A DNA stretch of 40,283 nt from a virus (lineage: Duplodnaviria; Caudoviricetes), in the IMG/VR virus record IMGVR_UViG_3300037518_000480, positions 1 through 40,283 of that record; one strand, 5' to 3'. The notes below the pieces were generated by a model. It had not been told where the DNA came from. It did no database searches and worked only from the letters and a program-made list of their open reading frames with translations. A program made the position numbers and the translations under genes. Below are positions 16,347 through 26,455 of the stretch, one piece after another (the first letter of the stretch is position 1; every line of letters starts with the position of its first letter).

Positions 16347-16817
16347 ATGGCCCAGATGCTCAAAAACCCTCCAATGGAGGATAGAGTGGATAGATTTATC
16401 AAGCTCTACCCGAAGCATAACTTTACTGTGTATCGTGCCGCTATGGAAGCAGGATACAGCGAAACATACGCACGAACTAACCCCCGGCACATAATGGAAA
16501 CCGCACTAAAGCGGATGTCTCTACGCACACAATCCGCCTCAAAGGGTGAGCTTGTGGAACAGAAAGAGGTATTGACAAGTGTCCTTGATATTGTTGGAAT
16601 GACGAGTAAAGAGGTGAAAAAATACTATCGTGGTGTGGTTGAACAGACAAAGGATCGAGCAACACAACTAAAAGCTCTCAAGCCCTTACTGCGTGAACTA
16701 GGTGTCCTCTTTGAAGAGGACATACAGCCCAAAACACCAGTGACATTCAATCTAGGCATCAGAGAAGGGACTATTGACAAACCCACTACTGTGGGTGATG
16801 ATGTTGCCGCACATTAA
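16347..16817 (+). CDS. terminase small subunit-like protein
   Basis: AAMEAGYSETYA HTH motif; upstream of TerL; TG-C-TAGAAT at 16329-16337. Confidence 0.75.
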   Translation: MAQMLKNPPMEDRVDRFIKLYPKHNFTVYRAAMEAGYSETYARTNPRHIMETALKRMSLRTQSASKGELVEQKEVLTSVLDIVGMTSKEVKKYYRGVVEQTKDRATQLKALKPLLRELGVLFEEDIQPKTPVTFNLGIREGTIDKPTTVGDDVAAH

Positions 16818-17193
16818 ATGTCTTGTCCTTTATGTCTCTTGGTTGTGTAGTGTTACGGAGGGGGGTAGGTAGCAACCATCGTTCATAGCAAGAGGTGTTG
16901 GTTATTTGACACAGACGCAAAAACCTCAAAAAGTACGCCTCTTGACAAGAAGGTAGTAGTGTTTTAGAGACAGTGAGCCATAGGCTCAAGCTCCTAGTTC
17001 GGTTTCTATTTTATTGGAGTGATGCCCGGACCTTTTATCCACTATGGTGCGTGGTCTTTATCCATTACCCCCCTCCGGGGCGATTGGAACGACGAGCTTC
17101 ATCGTCAGCCGGGTTTTGTTTGTCCCCATCATAGCACAGTTTCTGTGCTACACTTATCCACACCAGCAACAGCGCACACTTTCCCGCCTGAAC

Positions 17194-17215
17194 CCGTCCG
17201 TACCGGTACGGACGG
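17194..17215. repeat. perfect 22-bp palindrome
   Basis: ccgtccgtaccggtacggacgg is its own reverse complement. Confidence 0.9.
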
Positions 17216-17234
17216 ATGACGGGCAGGTTTCATA

Positions 17235-18764
17235 ATGACAAATTTGAGTAAAACAGAGGCGGAGGGGATTCTATGGCTCAAAGGAGAGTATGAGGTCACC
17301 CATTTCAATGATTTCGTGCTCAATGAGAAGCAGGTGCTCTTTCTTAATGAGAAGTCGCGCTTCAATCTCATATCGGGAGGCATGTCGTCGGGGAAGACGC
17401 TCGCGTTCATCGTGAAGGTGATTCTCCTTTCGCAGTGGTTTCCGGGGTGCAAAATGCTCATCGGGCGTAAAACGAAAGAAAATGCCCAAGAGACGTTCAT
17501 GAAGGACTTTATGGACATTTGCCCCAGCTCTCTCTATGAGCACCAAAAAGGGTATGGGAAGATTGTGTTCTCGAATGGAAGCGAGGCGGAGTTCTGGGGG
17601 CTTGACGCCCTGCAGTCGGGCGCGGCAACCGACATCAAGAAGGCGGAACAGAAGCTCAAGTCCCATAACTTTTCTTTCATATTTATTGACCAGCTTGAAG
17701 ATGTCGAAGAAAAGGTCTTCAGCGCTCTCAACTCCCGCATGCGCCGTCGTCAGTGCCACCATGAACGCTCCCTACAGACCGTTCATAGAAATAAAAAGGG
17801 AGAGCCGCTCTTTGAGCTCTGCTCGGTCTGCGGGAAAGCATCCTTCAGTCAGTTCAACATGACCACCAACCCCGCGAACTTCTGGGCGCTCTCCTACTTC
17901 AAAACCAATCCGAGGCCGTTCACGCACTTGATTGAGACCTCCATGCTCGACAACCGAACACATCTTTCCGACCAGTTCATAGAGTCGGAACTGGAGAAAC
18001 CGGAGAGATACGTTCGCAAATATGTCTATGGCGAGTGGTCAACTGATTCTCTGGTGGAGCGCTCGGTGTTCCCCGAAGAGTACATCAAGGCGCAGGAGTT
18101 TCATATTAAACCCCCCATTCGGGAACTTGACGGAATCAAAATATGGGAAGAGCCGTCAAAAGACCAGACGTACCAGATTGGTATTGACCCCTCGCTCGGC
18201 GCGGTAGACCCGTCGTCGATACAGGTTATCTGTATTGGAAGCGGGGTACAGGTCGCCGTCTATTCGGGCTTTGTCCCGACTGCCGCTCTTACCGAACGAG
18301 CGGTTCGTCTTGCCACTATGTACTCTTTGAAGGGGAAGCCACTTATTATCCCCGAAGCCGTTGGCGTGGGGGAGGCGCTTATTGAGTCGCTGAAGCGTGT
18401 ATACTCGCGCATCTATGAGCGAGAGGTGTTTTCGGAGCGCGAGGCGAAGACCACCAAGAAGCTGGGCTTTCATACCTCGCACGCCACGAAGTCACATTTG
18501 ATTGAACATATGGACAAGTTGTTCTCAAAGGGGTTTGTACATATACGCGACATCGACACCCTCGCCGAGATTCGGACGTTTGTCTATTCCGACGAGGTGC
18601 GCCACAGGGGGGCGGGTGCCGAGTCGGGATTTCATGATGACCGCATCATGGCGCTCATGCTTGCGTACTTCAATATATTTCCCCAAACGCACAAGGAGAA
18701 GACCCTTTTGTCGCGTCTCAAAACGGCACAAAAGAAGAATGTGGTACAATTTGAGTACGAATAG
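17235..18764 (+). CDS. terL: terminase large subunit
   Basis: Walker A GGMSSGKT, Walker B FIFIDQ, motif III TTNP, nuclease IGIDP and HDDRIMA. Confidence 0.93.
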   Translation: MTNLSKTEAEGILWLKGEYEVTHFNDFVLNEKQVLFLNEKSRFNLISGGMSSGKTLAFIVKVILLSQWFPGCKMLIGRKTKENAQETFMKDFMDICPSSLYEHQKGYGKIVFSNGSEAEFWGLDALQSGAATDIKKAEQKLKSHNFSFIFIDQLEDVEEKVFSALNSRMRRRQCHHERSLQTVHRNKKGEPLFELCSVCGKASFSQFNMTTNPANFWALSYFKTNPRPFTHLIETSMLDNRTHLSDQFIESELEKPERYVRKYVYGEWSTDSLVERSVFPEEYIKAQEFHIKPPIRELDGIKIWEEPSKDQTYQIGIDPSLGAVDPSSIQVICIGSGVQVAVYSGFVPTAALTERAVRLATMYSLKGKPLIIPEAVGVGEALIESLKRVYSRIYEREVFSEREAKTTKKLGFHTSHATKSHLIEHMDKLFSKGFVHIRDIDTLAEIRTFVYSDEVRHRGAGAESGFHDDRIMALMLAYFNIFPQTHKEKTLLSRLKTAQKKNVVQFEYE

Positions 18765-18769
18765 TGCGT

Positions 18770-20506
18770 ATGACTACCGATACTACATTGAGAAATAATG
18801 TACGGCGTTTCTACGAATACGTCGAAATGCCCGGGGGGTATTTATGGGGGCACGCCGACACCCTCAAGACGACTGACCTGTACTACAACTCGCGGTACAA
18901 GAAGGGTCAGTATGACAAGCATGGGTGGCGCAAGTTTTTCTATAACATTGTCAAGCCCGCCTGCGACATCGCCTCGAAGTTCGTTGACCTTGATACCAAG
19001 GACATTATTCTCATTCCCGAGAGTGAGTCGGACGACAACGAAACGAAGGTGTGGTTCATGCAGAGGAAACTGCGCCAGTGGCTCAAGGATAATCAGTTTG
19101 GGGTGCTTCTGAATGAAATCGGACGCGACTACCCGAAGTACGGCTCGGTGGTGATTCGTAAAAGCAAAACGGGCAAGTGGAAAGGTGTGGCGCTCGTGAA
19201 CCTGCGCTTTGACCCGTCGGTGCTCTCTCTTACCGATTCTGATTTTGTCATTGAACTCCTTGAAATGACGGGAGACGACATACGCAACAGCGGGTGGGAG
19301 TACGCCGAGAAGTTTACCGAAGACGGCTCGTTCACGATTTACATGTGCTACCACAAGCATGGCGACAAGTGGGACAGGTATATTAAGACATCGCCTTTCA
19401 ACAGGACGAAAGACGGGGGGACAATACAAACTCCGGAGTCACAGATAAACAAGGAGGACGAATACCTGCCCGCGCTTGAACTTGACTACAAGACCGACGT
19501 GCCGTTTCCGTATCGGGAACTGCATTGGGAGAAGATTCCGGGACGGTGGCTTGGTCTCGGATTCGTAGAATATCTTTTTGATAACCAGATTGCCACGAAT
19601 GAAACCGAGAACCTCGAACGGAAGGGTCTGGCGCACACCGCGCTCAAGGTCTACCAGACAAGAGACGAGATGATAGGCGGTTCAAATGTTCTCACGGGTA
19701 TTGAAAATGGGGCAATTATCAAGGTTGAGAGCGAGATTACGCCAATCCAAAACGAGGAACGGAACCTTGCGGCGTTCAACAACACGCGCAATCGGTGGGA
19801 CCAAGGCACCGAGCGGAAGACCTTTACCACCGACATTACCACGGGAGCGAATCTGCCGTCTCGCACACCGCTTGGTGTCGCCAATCTCCAAGCGCAACTC
19901 GCCACGTCATTCTTTGAACTCAAACGCGAGCAGTTCGGTCTTTTCTTAAAGGAGCTTATCTTGGCCGACATTATTCCCGACTTTAAGGAGGGCTCAATGA
20001 AGGCGCACGTCTTGACCTTCTCCGGCTCTGATGATGAACTGGAGCGTCTTGACCGGGTGATTATACGTTCACGGACTGACCGTGCGGTTGAGAAATATAT
20101 TGCCCGTACCAGTTATGCGCCGTCAAAACTACAGCGCAAAGACCTTGAAGAGCGTATCACCGAAGACATCGAGCGCTCGATGAACCGCTTTGTAAATGTT
20201 CCCGACGAGTTCTACGCCAATGCGCGGTACTTGCTTGATGTGCTGGTGACGGGAGAATCGAGAGATGTGGGGGCTATGGATTCCATTTCACAGTTCGTGC
20301 TTCAGGCGCTCATCGCAAACCCGGGTATTCTTCAAAACCGCACCTCACGAACCATTCTCTTCAAGATGATGAGCGGGCATGGCGTATCTCCCGCAGAACT
20401 AAACCTCATCTCGGAGGACGTTGACACCACGCCGGTGCAGGCGGGAGGAAGTGCGGCGCGTCCCACTCCCATGCCGCAAGGAGGACGGCAATTTAGCGCA
20501 GTATGA
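18770..20506 (+). CDS. portal protein
   Basis: ~578 aa directly after TerL; FYNIVKP, GRWLGLGFVEYL. Confidence 0.85.
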   Translation: MTTDTTLRNNVRRFYEYVEMPGGYLWGHADTLKTTDLYYNSRYKKGQYDKHGWRKFFYNIVKPACDIASKFVDLDTKDIILIPESESDDNETKVWFMQRKLRQWLKDNQFGVLLNEIGRDYPKYGSVVIRKSKTGKWKGVALVNLRFDPSVLSLTDSDFVIELLEMTGDDIRNSGWEYAEKFTEDGSFTIYMCYHKHGDKWDRYIKTSPFNRTKDGGTIQTPESQINKEDEYLPALELDYKTDVPFPYRELHWEKIPGRWLGLGFVEYLFDNQIATNETENLERKGLAHTALKVYQTRDEMIGGSNVLTGIENGAIIKVESEITPIQNEERNLAAFNNTRNRWDQGTERKTFTTDITTGANLPSRTPLGVANLQAQLATSFFELKREQFGLFLKELILADIIPDFKEGSMKAHVLTFSGSDDELERLDRVIIRSRTDRAVEKYIARTSYAPSKLQRKDLEERITEDIERSMNRFVNVPDEFYANARYLLDVLVTGESRDVGAMDSISQFVLQALIANPGILQNRTSRTILFKMMSGHGVSPAELNLISEDVDTTPVQAGGSAARPTPMPQGGRQFSAV

Positions 20507-20748
20507 GATTAACTCCCGAAGAAATACAGTTTTTCAGGAACCTCTCATCAAGCGAGGCGGGTGCTATCCTGACGAGGTATTTTAAGCGTCTACAAAGCCA
20601 TATTTCTGACATTCGCACCTTTAATGAAAAGGACACGATTGAGTCGGCAAAACGAGCGAGTGATATACTGCAAGAGTTCGTCATTGACAAGCTCTCGGGC
20701 GCTCGTAATGAGCCGAAAGAGGATGTTGGTGACGAAGGGTTTGAGTAA
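20503..20748 (+). CDS. small helical protein between portal and scaffold
   Basis: ATGA overlap; usual podovirus position. Confidence 0.7.
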   Translation: MRLTPEEIQFFRNLSSSEAGAILTRYFKRLQSHISDIRTFNEKDTIESAKRASDILQEFVIDKLSGARNEPKEDVGDEGFE

Positions 20749-20793
20749 TTATCAATAGGGCGGTTGTGTACCCGCCGTAACAAAAACAGCGAT

Positions 20794-21315
20794 ATGACAG
20801 AGGAAACTACCGCTCCAGCCGCCGAAGAGCAGGAGCCGGGCGAAGGGGGCGCCGAAACCCCTGAAGGGGATGTAACCCCCGAGTCCCAGCCAGACAAGGA
20901 CTATAAAAAAATGTTTGAAGACCAGCGCATACGCGCACAAAAAGCGGAGGACAGAGAGAAGAAGCTCCGCGAAATCTTAGAAGACAAGGACGAGGTGACG
21001 GAAAATAAACCCGAAAGTCAAGACCCTCTTGATACGGTTGCAGATGCTCTCGACGTGATTCGTGAACTGAAAGGTGACGAACTTGCAGAGCTCCGCAGGG
21101 AAGCTAAAGAACTCGGTGTCAGTCAGGCCGCGTTTATTAAGAGTCCTGCGGGCAAGGCGTATCTCAAAGAGATTCGACGCTTGAAGGAGGTCGCCGCCAC
21201 CACTCCTCCCCCATCAACCAAAGCCAAGACCGAAAAAGAAGAGGTGCCTCGGAAGTTCAAGACCTACGAGGAATACCAACAGGAGAAGAAACGGGCGACT
21301 GGGGGTAGCGAATAA
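20794..21315 (+). CDS. capsid scaffolding protein
   Basis: Acidic N-terminus, coiled coil, immediately before the capsid gene. Confidence 0.75.
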   Translation: MTEETTAPAAEEQEPGEGGAETPEGDVTPESQPDKDYKKMFEDQRIRAQKAEDREKKLREILEDKDEVTENKPESQDPLDTVADALDVIRELKGDELAELRREAKELGVSQAAFIKSPAGKAYLKEIRRLKEVAATTPPPSTKAKTEKEEVPRKFKTYEEYQQEKKRATGGSE

Positions 21316-21323
21316 CTACATAA

Positions 21324-22256
21324 ATGGCACTTACAACTGGTGAGTTTACGCCAACTGCCCTGACAGCTTATATTTCAGAATCTTGGACCCCCGAGGTTCT
21401 TGAGGAATACTTTGCTGATGCCGTAGCCGCCAACTTCTTTATGGATTTGAGTCCATACGCGGGGGGCGGTTCGGACATCTTCCACATTCCGAACGTGTTT
21501 ACCACGGCGTTTAGTGTTTCAACACAGCCAGACCCGTACGATGCGGCGGAAATTACCACGGACGCTCCGGCAACCGGCGACATCACGCTGACCATTGACA
21601 CCCACAAATATATCGCCACGATTATCGGTGACCGAGACCTTGTGCAGATTGCGAAAATCTACAATCTCAACGAAATCTACAATCGTAAGGCGATGGGCAC
21701 GCTCGTTGAGACCCTTGATGCCGCGCTCTACGCGCTTCAATCAAGTGTTTCAACGAACTCTGTGGGCGACACGGCTTCGGTCATTACCGATTCCGAGATT
21801 CGTCAGGCGATTGAGAAGTTGGCCAGCGCCGACGTACCGACTACCGAGTGCGCGTTCCACTTCCACCCTTACAGTTACTTCATTCAGGTCATTGCGATTC
21901 AGAAGTATTACGACGCGGCACAATTTGGAGCGAACGCTTCGGTTACGAAGTCAGGCACGCTCGGAGACGCTCGTGGATTGCAGAGGGCGTTCAAGGGACA
22001 ACTCTTTGGCATTGACATTCTTATGTCAAGTCAGGTGGTCAACACCTTGCTTGCCGTGAAGAACCTGCTCGCTCACAAGGATGCGTTCGCTTATGCGACA
22101 CAGCTTCCGACGGGAGGCAGGGTCAGGTTCCAAGCGGCATACCTGCTTGACCGTCTTGGCACACTTGCCGTGTGGGATTCCCATTACGGTGTTGTGGCAT
22201 CACGAGAAGCCGCGGCGACTCTGATTCAGGGTTCCAATGCGTTTATTGCCTCGTAG
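21324..22256 (+). CDS. major capsid protein (HK97 fold)
   Basis: 310 aa; YISESWT, DIFHIP, ITLTIDTHKY, GQLFGIDI, HKDAFA, HYGV. Confidence 0.88.
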   Translation: MALTTGEFTPTALTAYISESWTPEVLEEYFADAVAANFFMDLSPYAGGGSDIFHIPNVFTTAFSVSTQPDPYDAAEITTDAPATGDITLTIDTHKYIATIIGDRDLVQIAKIYNLNEIYNRKAMGTLVETLDAALYALQSSVSTNSVGDTASVITDSEIRQAIEKLASADVPTTECAFHFHPYSYFIQVIAIQKYYDAAQFGANASVTKSGTLGDARGLQRAFKGQLFGIDILMSSQVVNTLLAVKNLLAHKDAFAYATQLPTGGRVRFQAAYLLDRLGTLAVWDSHYGVVASREAAATLIQGSNAFIAS

Positions 22257-22268
22257 TCCTGAATTATC

Positions 22269-22430
22269 ATGGCTACACCGGGCTTACACGCGGCAACCGC
22301 TACACTAACGCTTCGCCCAACAGTATCGTTTTCGGCGATTGAGACGGAAGTGAAGCGGATGAACTCGCAGGACAGGGAACACTATATCAAGAAGCTCAAA
22401 GAGCATCTTCGACTGATTGTTCCAAAATAA
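22269..22430 (+). CDS. 53-aa hypothetical protein co-transcribed with capsid
   Basis: MATPGLHAAT...LIVPK between capsid stop and terminator. Confidence 0.6.
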   Translation: MATPGLHAATATLTLRPTVSFSAIETEVKRMNSQDREHYIKKLKEHLRLIVPK

Positions 22431-22445
22431 ACTGACTAACACACG

Positions 22446-22470
22446 ACCCCCGCCAAAGCGGGGGTTTTGT
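22446..22470 (+). terminator. intrinsic terminator after capsid operon
   Basis: acccccgc-caaa-gcgggggt-tttgt. Confidence 0.85.
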
Positions 22471-22484
22471 GTTATACTCTCTCT

Positions 22485-22679
22485 ATGGTTAAGGCAAAAG
22501 CCCCAGCCAAGACGGCTACCAAGCCCGACATACTAGAGGTGCTGTATGCACGAGAGCAAGGATTGACTCTGCAGAGTGACCGCTGGGAACTCCGTCAGGA
22601 GCTTCTCAAGGTGTGTGACCTGCTCGCAGAGCGTCACGCTGACAAAAAAGTGCATGAGCGACAGCCCAAAACCCTTTAG
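22485..22679 (+). CDS. hypothetical protein, leaderless first gene of the glycan island
   Basis: TG-T-TATACT 22470-22478, ATG 6 nt later. Confidence 0.6.
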   Translation: MVKAKAPAKTATKPDILEVLYAREQGLTLQSDRWELRQELLKVCDLLAERHADKKVHERQPKTL

Positions 22680-23334
22680 AGGAACCATAGGGGTACCATC
22701 GCGGGACCACTTGGTTACACCTACGGCTTTTGCCTATTCTCTTATTCGTCTTATTCGGCACTGTGACCGCATTTGGGGGTGCGGTTCGGTATGTCTTGAA
22801 ACGGTTGAGGGCTCTCTTTTGGAGGAAAACAGAACGGCGCTACTTAACAGGGCGCGCGGGGGGTGGCTTCTCATGCTTGATGACGATATGACGTTCCCCC
22901 ACGACCTTGCCGAGAAGCTGGATGGGCATATAGAGGACGGCAAGGACATTGTGACGGGGCTCTATTTCTTGGGATATAAACAGAAACCCGCACCTGCTAT
23001 TTACACAACTGACACAACAATGGGCAACCCTGCGGCGTTTTACTACAACTATCCCGAAGACCAGCTCGTAGAGGTGGGCGGGTGCGGTATGGGGGTATGT
23101 ATGATTTCACGCCGTGTTCTGAACGCATTTCTGGGCAAAGAGGCGTTTAATCGAGTGTACAAGATGGGAACGCGGGTGGGGGAGGACTTGGCGTTTTGCT
23201 ATAAGGCGAGAGAAAGGGGGTTCAGGATTTGGTGTGATACATCGGTCAAGGCGGGACATATCAGACCCTATACCTTGACAGATAATCAACCGTTTGTAAC
23301 TATGGAAACATATGGCAAATCCTTCAACGGGTAA
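22654..23334 (+). CDS. GT-A fold (GT2-like) glycosyltransferase
   Basis: LMLDDDM (DxD), GCGMG, GEDLAFC, AGH. Confidence 0.88.
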   Translation: MSDSPKPFRGTIGVPSRDHLVTPTAFAYSLIRLIRHCDRIWGCGSVCLETVEGSLLEENRTALLNRARGGWLLMLDDDMTFPHDLAEKLDGHIEDGKDIVTGLYFLGYKQKPAPAIYTTDTTMGNPAAFYYNYPEDQLVEVGGCGMGVCMISRRVLNAFLGKEAFNRVYKMGTRVGEDLAFCYKARERGFRIWCDTSVKAGHIRPYTLTDNQPFVTMETYGKSFNG

Positions 23335-23704
23335 GGTGTTCTTCTTCCTTCGCAGGAACCCCATAACGGGAGAAGTCATTGAGGACGACTACCTTGATGC
23401 CGACGAGAAAACTGCGTGGATGTATATCAAAACACCCAGATTTTTTAAGTACATTGGGTGGTCAGACGGACACTTCTTTAGGGAGGTGAAGAAGCGCGGA
23501 ACGATTGACCCCGAGACGCGCATGATGGTCGAAACGACTGAAGAGCACAGGAACGCAATCCACGAAGCGTGGAAAAAAGAGATTGAGTTCGCTAAGGAAC
23601 ATCCGCAACCTCCAAGAAACTTGAGCCGTCTTGACATTGACGGGCGCCCTCTACAAGACCCGGGCCTCGCGGGTGAGTTGAGTAGATTGAGACCCAATGG
23701 ATAA
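23312..23704 (+). CDS. hypothetical protein
   Basis: Overlap-coupled ORF. Confidence 0.65.
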   Translation: MANPSTGKVFFFLRRNPITGEVIEDDYLDADEKTAWMYIKTPRFFKYIGWSDGHFFREVKKRGTIDPETRMMVETTEEHRNAIHEAWKKEIEFAKEHPQPPRNLSRLDIDGRPLQDPGLAGELSRLRPNG

Positions 23705-24014
23705 AGAGACACAAAACTTTCTTCGGCGACAGCCACCCAAGAAGCTCATGAAGAAACTTTTCAAGAAAGAGCGTCAGATGGACGACGAGATGAAGACGCT
23801 CTCTCAAATGGCAACAGACAAGAGGTTGTCTCTCAAACAGAAAGACAAAATACGGCGCGTGCTTGAGTTCAACAAGGACAAGCTAGAGGAGCATGTTGTG
23901 GTTGACGATGAAACGGCCAAAAAGGTCGAGAAGTGGCACGAAGACCGCGTTCGGTGGGGCATACGAGAGGGAATTATCAAGCCGCCAGACCCGCGCGATA
24001 TGCCGAGAAAATGA
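23697..24014 (+). CDS. charged helical hypothetical protein
   Basis: Overlap-coupled ORF. Confidence 0.65.
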   Translation: MDKETQNFLRRQPPKKLMKKLFKKERQMDDEMKTLSQMATDKRLSLKQKDKIRRVLEFNKDKLEEHVVVDDETAKKVEKWHEDRVRWGIREGIIKPPDPRDMPRK

Positions 24015-24745
24015 AAATAGTCGGCATGCTCGTGGTCGGGGCGGGCGAAGGAGACCGATGGTTATCCGAGGTTCTTGAACAGAGAAAACAATTAGTAGAC
24101 GAACTCATTATTTGTGGCAACAAAACAGACAAAAAAACAAAAGAAGTCATCAAAAGAAGCGGTGCGTGGTACTACGAAGACGACAGAGAGTGGGGGATAC
24201 ATCAGCCAAGCATTAAGGATAATTTGCTCGAAAGAGTTGGAAAACTTAAGCCGGATTGGGTACTCCCGTCTGACGCAGATGAGATTTACGATAAGCAGTT
24301 TACCCGCGGAGAAGCAGAACGTCTTGCAGGTACAGGTGCAATCGGATATTACTTTGCGCTCATCAACCTCTGGGGAGACGGCGAGCACTATCGCCACGAC
24401 CTATCGTTTTGGAACATCAGATTCTTCCAGTATCGTCCCGACCTCGGCACCAGATACGAAAGAAAAAACGTCCACTGTGGACTAGCGCCGCCGGTATTTT
24501 ACCACTACGGGTGGCACGCCCCGTTTATGGTAAAACATTACGGACTGATGAAAGAGGAAGACAGGAAACTCAAAGTGAAGCGTTACGAGAAGTACGACCC
24601 GAAGGCGGTATTCAAAGGGCGGGATTATTACGATAAGTTATTAACTAACGATATGGTGCGTCCGTTTGATGAAGACGTTATGCACGAGAGAATAGCCCGA
24701 GACGTTGCAGAGCACTTTAAGGACGAAACCAAGAAGCATGTTTAG
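24011..24745 (+). CDS. GT-A fold glycosyltransferase
   Basis: WVLPSDADE, HCG, VKHYG. Confidence 0.82.
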   Translation: MKIVGMLVVGAGEGDRWLSEVLEQRKQLVDELIICGNKTDKKTKEVIKRSGAWYYEDDREWGIHQPSIKDNLLERVGKLKPDWVLPSDADEIYDKQFTRGEAERLAGTGAIGYYFALINLWGDGEHYRHDLSFWNIRFFQYRPDLGTRYERKNVHCGLAPPVFYHYGWHAPFMVKHYGLMKEEDRKLKVKRYEKYDPKAVFKGRDYYDKLLTNDMVRPFDEDVMHERIARDVAEHFKDETKKHV

Positions 24746-25013
24746 AAAAAATACACGATTCGTTGAATATGAAAACCTCGTATCGGGCAAGACGGACAAT
24801 ATGCCCGAGAGCGACTGGAACGACATACAGCGCAATCCGTATCGCAGGAAGGACTTTAAGTTTGTGCGGATTATTGACGTTGGCGGTCCCGCCTCAAACA
24901 CCTCGGGCGGAGAGCGCCCACCCATAGAAGAGGACCCGCTTGAATGTCCTCTGTGCGGGTACGTTGCGGAAGATGACAAAGACCTTCACACCCATAAAGA
25001 AAAGAAGCATTAG
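24738..25013 (+). CDS. C2H2 Zn-finger protein
   Basis: CPLCG...LHTHKEKKH. Confidence 0.7.
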   Translation: MFRKNTRFVEYENLVSGKTDNMPESDWNDIQRNPYRRKDFKFVRIIDVGGPASNTSGGERPPIEEDPLECPLCGYVAEDDKDLHTHKEKKH

Positions 25014-25896
25014 GATTCTCTATGTTGGCGGGTTTGGCAAGAACTCGGTTGGGGAACCCGAAATAGCAAATGCGCTTGAGTGTCTCGGACACAGCGTTAC
25101 ACGAAAGGAATCCAGTTTCACAACACCCGCGGAGATTGAGTCCTTAACGTCCGACTTTGACTTGCTTCTTTTCTCAAAGGTTAAGACACCCGTCAATCTT
25201 GAAGCACAGCGAATGATAGCTCGGCTCACGATACCTACCGTGTCGTGGGTATTTGACCTGTACTGGGGATATGAGCGACAGCAGATGTTTAATACCGAGC
25301 CGCACTTTGTCGCCGACGTTGTGTTCACCACAGACGGGGGACACGAGGAACAATTTGAGCGACGCGGTATTCGCCACCACTGTCTTCGTCAGGGTATTGC
25401 CGAAGGAATAAAACCCGCGCCACGGTGGAATGGCAAACCGATTATTTTTGTCGGTTCAGACAGGTCAAATCTTCAGCGAACCGAACTCTTAAAGTGGCTC
25501 CGAAGAACCTACCCCGATGACTTTGCCGTGTACGGCGAACGGGACGGTGTGCGACACGAGAAACTGGATAAGGTTATCGGGGGCGCAAAGATTGTTATGG
25601 GGGACTCGGTTATTTCTCCTCACTACTGGTCAAACCGAATATACGAAACCATCGGTCGAGCGGGATTTATGTTGCACCCCAAAACCGAGGGGCTCGACGA
25701 CGAGTTCCGCTACTACAAGCACTTTGTCCCCTACACCGCGGGCGACTGGAAAGGACTGAAGGAAAAGATTGACCACTACCTCACCCACGATAAAGAACGC
25801 GACGCAATACGCATGGCGGGATATGAACACTGTCATAAGGAGCACACCTATACGCACCGAGTTAAGAAAATGCTTGAAATACTCCGTCATGAGTAA
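24973..25896 (+). CDS. GT-B glycosyltransferase (CgeB/YkvP-like); start 24973 ATG or 25009 ATT
   Basis: RILYVG, IIFVGS, YWSNRIYETIG, HTYTHR. Confidence 0.85.
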   Translation: MTKTFTPIKKRSIRILYVGGFGKNSVGEPEIANALECLGHSVTRKESSFTTPAEIESLTSDFDLLLFSKVKTPVNLEAQRMIARLTIPTVSWVFDLYWGYERQQMFNTEPHFVADVVFTTDGGHEEQFERRGIRHHCLRQGIAEGIKPAPRWNGKPIIFVGSDRSNLQRTELLKWLRRTYPDDFAVYGERDGVRHEKLDKVIGGAKIVMGDSVISPHYWSNRIYETIGRAGFMLHPKTEGLDDEFRYYKHFVPYTAGDWKGLKEKIDHYLTHDKERDAIRMAGYEHCHKEHTYTHRVKKMLEILRHE

Positions 25897-26455
25897 CATA
25901 AGCGACACGGGAGTGTGGAACGACGAAACAAAAGAGGAGTTCCTCGCGCGGTATGTGTTCTTTGACCGAGAGCTTGCCGCCGCACTGTCAAAACTGTTTT
26001 GGAAGTGTGGGGTGGTTGACCTTGGGTGCGGTTCGGGAAAGTATGTACAGTCGCTCCGAAATCGCGGGATTGACTGCGACGGATATGATGGCAACGCCCG
26101 CATTGAGGAGTTTACGGGCGGCGTGTGCAAGGCGTGGGACTTGACAGTTCCGAAGACCCTTCCAAAGAAATACGACTGGGTGCTATCGCTTGAGGTTGCG
26201 GAACATATTCCCCGTGAACACGAGGCAACCTACATACAAAACCTGCACAACAACAACACGAAAGGAATTGTTTTGTCGTGGGCGGACATCGGGCAGAACG
26301 GGGACGGTCATGTAAACTGCAGGCGAGGGGAGTATGTACGGCGTGTTTTTGAGAAACTCGGATACGGGGCTGACACCAAACAAACGGAGATACTTCGGCT
26401 CTGCGCCTCACTCGGATGGTTTAAGAAGAACATAATCGTGTTTAGAAAGAAATGA
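25889..26455 (+). CDS. class I SAM-dependent methyltransferase
   Basis: VVDLGCGSG, SLEVAEHIP, GQNGDGHVN. Confidence 0.88.
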   Translation: MSNISDTGVWNDETKEEFLARYVFFDRELAAALSKLFWKCGVVDLGCGSGKYVQSLRNRGIDCDGYDGNARIEEFTGGVCKAWDLTVPKTLPKKYDWVLSLEVAEHIPREHEATYIQNLHNNNTKGIVLSWADIGQNGDGHVNCRRGEYVRRVFEKLGYGADTKQTEILRLCASLGWFKKNIIVFRKK

